DNA from: Candidatus Latescibacterota bacterium | GTDB taxonomy: Bacteria; Latescibacterota; CBDEFO01 | Length of the DNA: 64,000 nucleotides | NCBI GenBank assembly: GCA_965237525.1 | Contig: CBDEFO010000006.1 | Coordinates: 160,001 to 224,000, forward strand | Direction of reading: 5' to 3' | Shown here: positions 60,296 to 64,000 of the stretch, piece after piece | How the letters are laid out: every line of letters begins with the position of its first letter | Numbering within the stretch: the stretch's first letter is position 1 | Translations under genes and position numbers: made by a program | The notes under the pieces: generated by a model | The model's input: the letters and a program-made list of their open reading frames with translations, nothing else | Database searches by the model: none | What the model was told of the DNA's origin: nothing

Positions 60296-61816
60296 AAAGC
60301 CTTGTGAAATAGTTATGTCCCAGGCAGCGTCTGAAGCGCCGATTATGGGTCAAAGAGTAGCATATCGTATCGTTTTGCTGTGGAATAAGCAAAATAGTCT
60401 TATCAGAGTTCTGGTCAGCAAGGAATAGGAGCTGTTTGAAGAACAGGATGCACTGTCTTTGACAGACAGGGCACACATAGACGCTTTCCCCCTTCTTATG
60501 AAAGATACAAGCCTCTTGAGATTCTGTACTGTTGCAACAAGATTCAACTGTTCATTCAGTGAGGCTGGTCCTCTATAACGGGCTCGTCCCATACCGTGTT
60601 GTTGCCTGGCTTCAGCAAAGATATGTTCACTGCGTTTACGGAGTCTCCGGGAGAGTTTGTAGTCAGCTGTTAATGAGATAGACCGTGCATGATTTCTGGC
60701 TTTCGCCTCTCGCACTTTTCTATCCCGTTCGGCCTGAATATGTGCTGAATTTGTCTTGTTTTTCCATGTAGGAATCGGTTCAATCTTCTCATCGGCTCGC
60801 AGAGGAATATGGGGTATGATTCCCCGGTCAAGTACATCAGCGATAAAATTACCAGAACCGTAACCGGTATCGGCACTAAGTGTCTGAATGTCTTTGGGCA
60901 TGGTGTATGTTTCAAGGTCATCTACCATCTTAAGGGCACTTTCGGGCTCTGCTGTCCCTGTCGCCTGCGTGCCCTGAGTCTCAAGGATTACTCTGCTTTT
61001 TGTGTCGATCAGATCATGGCCCATAAACGAGAGAAAAGCCCCTTTGCCCTTCGATTTGCTGTATAAGCGCGCGTCGGGGTCTGTAGTCGAACGGTGTGTT
61101 TGGTTCGTCCACTTTTCACCATGAAAGTCTTTATCCTGAGGATGCCCGGACCTACCCTTTGTCTTATCACCTTCAAAACCGATTCCCTTGAGATAATCAT
61201 CAAGAGAAACAGGGGGTTCTATCGGCTCAATACTTTTCACTGAAGCATCAGCTTGTATCTGAGTGCCGTCGACACTAAGGTGTTTACCGCTCACAAGACC
61301 GACATCTATGCAACACTGGACTACCTGACGCATTATCCGTTCAAACAACCCACTGGATGCCCACTTGTGATTGCGAAGCTTGTTGATCGTGCTCCTATCC
61401 GGAACCGCATCATCAAATGTCTGATGACAAAACAACCGATATGCCGCATGCATCCCCACTTCCTGACAGAGCCGATTCTCACTCAAATTATACAGATAGC
61501 CAATAAGGATCATTCGAACAACTAATTCAGGATCAATACCGGGTCTGCCATTGTCAGGGCAATAACAATCTGATACAACGTCTCGTACAAATGAAAAATC
61601 AACTGCCTCATCAATCTGACGAAGGATATGATCCTCGGGAACTAAATCCTCCATCTGAAAATAGTGAAACATCGGATTTGTCTGTTCCTGCTCTTGTGGG
61701 GTCATTGTTTCCTCCATGTATAATATTATCAATAACATAATATAATACATCGGAGCTGCTTTATCAATGCTTGTTCTATACTACTTTCTGAATCTAAGGG
61801 TTTTTCACAAGGCTTT
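60296..61816 (-). mobile_element. Insertion sequence, IS1182 family, copy 2 (1521 bp)
   Basis: Same terminal inverted repeats as copy 1; TA duplication at 60294-60295 and 61817-61818. Confidence 0.92.
60350..61705 (-). CDS. IS1182 family DDE transposase
   Basis: Differs from copy 1 at only a few residues (K/E, H/Y, C/Y). Confidence 0.9.
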   Translation of the reverse strand: MTPQEQEQTNPMFHYFQMEDLVPEDHILRQIDEAVDFSFVRDVVSDCYCPDNGRPGIDPELVVRMILIGYLYNLSENRLCQEVGMHAAYRLFCHQTFDDAVPDRSTINKLRNHKWASSGLFERIMRQVVQCCIDVGLVSGKHLSVDGTQIQADASVKSIEPIEPPVSLDDYLKGIGFEGDKTKGRSGHPQDKDFHGEKWTNQTHRSTTDPDARLYSKSKGKGAFLSFMGHDLIDTKSRVILETQGTQATGTAEPESALKMVDDLETYTMPKDIQTLSADTGYGSGNFIADVLDRGIIPHIPLRADEKIEPIPTWKNKTNSAHIQAERDRKVREAKARNHARSISLTADYKLSRRLRKRSEHIFAEARQQHGMGRARYRGPASLNEQLNLVATVQNLKRLVSFIRRGKASMCALSVKDSASCSSNSSYSLLTRTLIRLFCLFHSKTIRYATL

Positions 61817-61818
61817 TA

Positions 61819-63088
61819 GTGACGCGGATAAATTCTAACATGGAAGCTCTGGACGCCGCAAATGCTCTTAGCAAAATCAACAAGAGCCTGGACACCCATC
61901 AGGCCAGACTCGCCACGGGCAAAAGGATCAACACCGCTGCCGACGACGCTGCAGGACTATCTTTGGCTACCAAGTTTAAGGTAAGATCAGAAGGTCTGGG
62001 TGTTGCACTGAACAACATAGGAGATGCCAGGAACCTTATGGCCGTCGCCGAAGGACACCTCCAGACCATCAGCGACATCCTGGGACAGATAAAAGCCAAG
62101 GCGAACCAGGCTGCGAACGACACGCTGGGAGCTTCGGAACGGCAGGCCCTAAAGAGCGAGATCGAGCAGTTGGCCGCGGAGATTGACGATCAGGTGGAAC
62201 AGGCTCTGTTCAACAATATCGAGATTTTGAAAACCACGACCAGCGCGTTTAACTTCCAGGTGGGAGCAGGCACTGTCGATACGATAAGGTTCGATCTTAC
62301 ATCGTCTGCTGTGGGATACACGACAGGATACACATCCGCACAGCTCGGTGTGGATGTAGGCGCAGTGACAGCTTCTGTATCAACGACCTACAGTCCCCGG
62401 ACGAATCGATGTATCTTTGGCCACGTCCACAGCGCGGAACGATGCCTTAAGTGAACTTAAGGCAGGATTCTACACAGTGGAAGTGACAGACATTGACGTT
62501 AATTCTGCTGGGAAAGGGGATCTTACGTTCAGGATAAGAGATTCGTCGGGCAATATAGTCTCGATAGATAGCGATGGAGACGGCACAGGCTCAGACACAG
62601 ATACTACTATAACCGTTGTTATCGACAAGGAAATACCATCACCACCGGGACCAAACAAACCAGGGGCTAGCGCCACGATCGATCTGGGTGTGGGATTTAA
62701 ATTACGCTTCTCTGACGTGAACTCCACTGATGACCCTACATCCTTCGGAGTCCAGTACACTCCCAGAGGAAACACAGTAAGCTCCAACGCCCAAGCGTCA
62801 GCATTCATCCAGAAGATTGACGCAGCCATAGACAATGTCTCCAAGGGACTGAGCTTCATTGGGGCAATTACCAACAAGCTGACGTTCAAAGAAGACTCAT
62901 TGTCAAGTGCAGAGACGAACACAGAAGCAGCCAAGAGCAGGATTCTGGATGCCGACATGGCGTTAGAGCAACTGGAATCCACCAAGTTGCAGATATTACA
63001 GCAGACATCCACAGCCGTACTTGCTCAGGCTAATATCATCCCACGATCGGTATTACAACTATTCCAGTCCAGAGATGACCTCCCATAA
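61819..63088 (+). pseudogene. fliC: Flagellin, frameshifted near 62395-62398 and separated from its promoter by the IS
   Basis: N-terminal RLATGKRINTAADDAAGL and C-terminal AKSRILDADMALE...QILQQTSTAVLAQAN lie in two frames. Confidence 0.88.
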
Positions 63089-63331
63089 ATCAGCAGACAG
63101 TAGTAAGCAGATAGGCTCCCCATAGATTCAATCAAGGATTGCTTCGGAGTTGAACCGCTCACCATGGCAAGGCGCGGCAACGTCTTTGCAAGTCCTGTAA
63201 ATCGTCATTGCGAGGGATCTCAAGCTGCCCCGCTAGGAGTTGCCATCCAGATGCAGATGCGAAACGGAACCAAACTCTCCAGTCTATCTATCCAAGTCTC
63301 TAAAGCACACATGCTGACCTGAATTTTCTCC

Positions 63332-63360
63332 TTGACTGTTGAATGCAGTTTGACTATATT
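63332..63360 (+). promoter_or_regulatory. sigma70-type promoter for tRNA-Lys
   Basis: TTGACT-N17-TATATT. Confidence 0.6.
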
Positions 63361-63378
63361 TTCTGGTCAGAACCAGAT

Positions 63379-63454
63379 GCGCCCATAGCTCAACTGGTAG
63401 AGCAACTGACTCTTAATCAGTAGGTTCGGGGTTCAAGTCCCTGTGGGCGTACCA
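63379..63454 (+). tRNA. tRNA-Lys (CTT)
   Basis: GCGCCCATAGCTCAACTGGTAGAGC...ACTCTTAAT...GGTTCAAGTCC...GGGCGTACCA, 76 nt. Confidence 0.94.
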
Positions 63455-63569
63455 TAAAAAACAAGGGGTTACGACAACTTCGGTCGTAGCTCCTTGCATT
63501 TTTTCTACTGTAATTTTCCCATACCCGTCAAATAGATGATAGTCCAGACGCTTCACGCCTCTCGGTGAA

Positions 63570-63705
63570 CCCCCGTCATCAAATGTTCCATCTCCATCGT
63601 TGAAAACGAGCTGTACATTATCAGTGAAATAATTAGCGACAGCTCGGTCATGGGCTCCATCTAAATCTGATATGAACACTGAACGAGGACCGTCCCCTAC
63701 ACTTT
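63570..63705 (-). pseudogene. Degenerate FG-GAP repeat fragment
   Basis: VGDGPRSVFISDLDG...AVANYFTDNV...NDGDGTF resembles the repeats at 2-245. Confidence 0.6.
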
Positions 63706-64000
63706 CAGCCCTACCCGCCATCCCCGGACCATCTATCTCGGCACTGCAGGTTTGACCTCCATCCGTCCCGGGTCTTGGATAGAAGACAGCTACGACCCCG
63801 TCCGGGAGACAGACAGGCTCGCGGCATTCTGATACTTCAAGGGCTGGAGGAAAGTCGGCTCACGGACAGTGATCTTAAGGATATCAGTTTCTTCGCCTAC
63901 GGCAGGCCGTACCGCTGAACCAGTATCACAAAGAATCTTCGCGATGCAAAATCTGATCCCTACTACGTACAGCCAATTCCGCTGCACGTGCATATCTTCA

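Noticed and set aside
63413..63993. ORFs 63413-63721 and 63790-63993 as intact genes
   Set aside because: The first overlaps tRNA-Lys and holds only a decayed repeat. The second is at the window edge with no recognisable motif.
1..64000. CRISPR array or cas genes
   Set aside because: No regularly spaced identical repeats with unique spacers. The palindromes are dispersed and no Cas motifs are present.

Overview
Bacterial chromosome segment. The FG-GAP/cohesin/dockerin/FlgD-Ig protein and the gene set suggest an FCB-group lineage such as Latescibacterota, but this is inference only. The window has two halves. The left half (about 1-34.2 kb) is an accessory catabolic region next to the 3' end of tRNA-Met. 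It holds eight aldo/keto reductase genes plus two fragments, three PQQ-type sugar dehydrogenases, three Gfo/Idh/MocA oxidoreductases, DapA-like and HpcH-like aldolases, a BNR glycosidase, a PhyH dioxygenase and a DMF-amidase-like protein, with many single-base lesions. It also holds a probable selenoprotein that the ORF track missed: a TlpA-like UxxC redoxin fused to TPR and DsbD-N-like domains (21709-23025). The right half (34.4-60 kb) is a minus-strand, largely housekeeping block: thrS-infC-rpmI-rplT-pheS-pheT-zapB-zapA-6S RNA-rny-ymdB-xseA-xseB-nadK-recN-DUF309-ppdK-ilvD. After it come a flagellin gene, cut off from its sigma-28 promoter by an IS1182-family element, and tRNA-Lys. A second copy of the IS interrupts an oxidoreductase gene at 6.3 kb. 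A roughly 23-bp palindrome family (TCCCCGATAGAYTCAATCGGGGA) occurs about 14 times, nests inside itself and has entered coding sequences in frame (a signal peptide, pheS, the nadK stop). Product names come from motif recognition in the translations, not from database searches.
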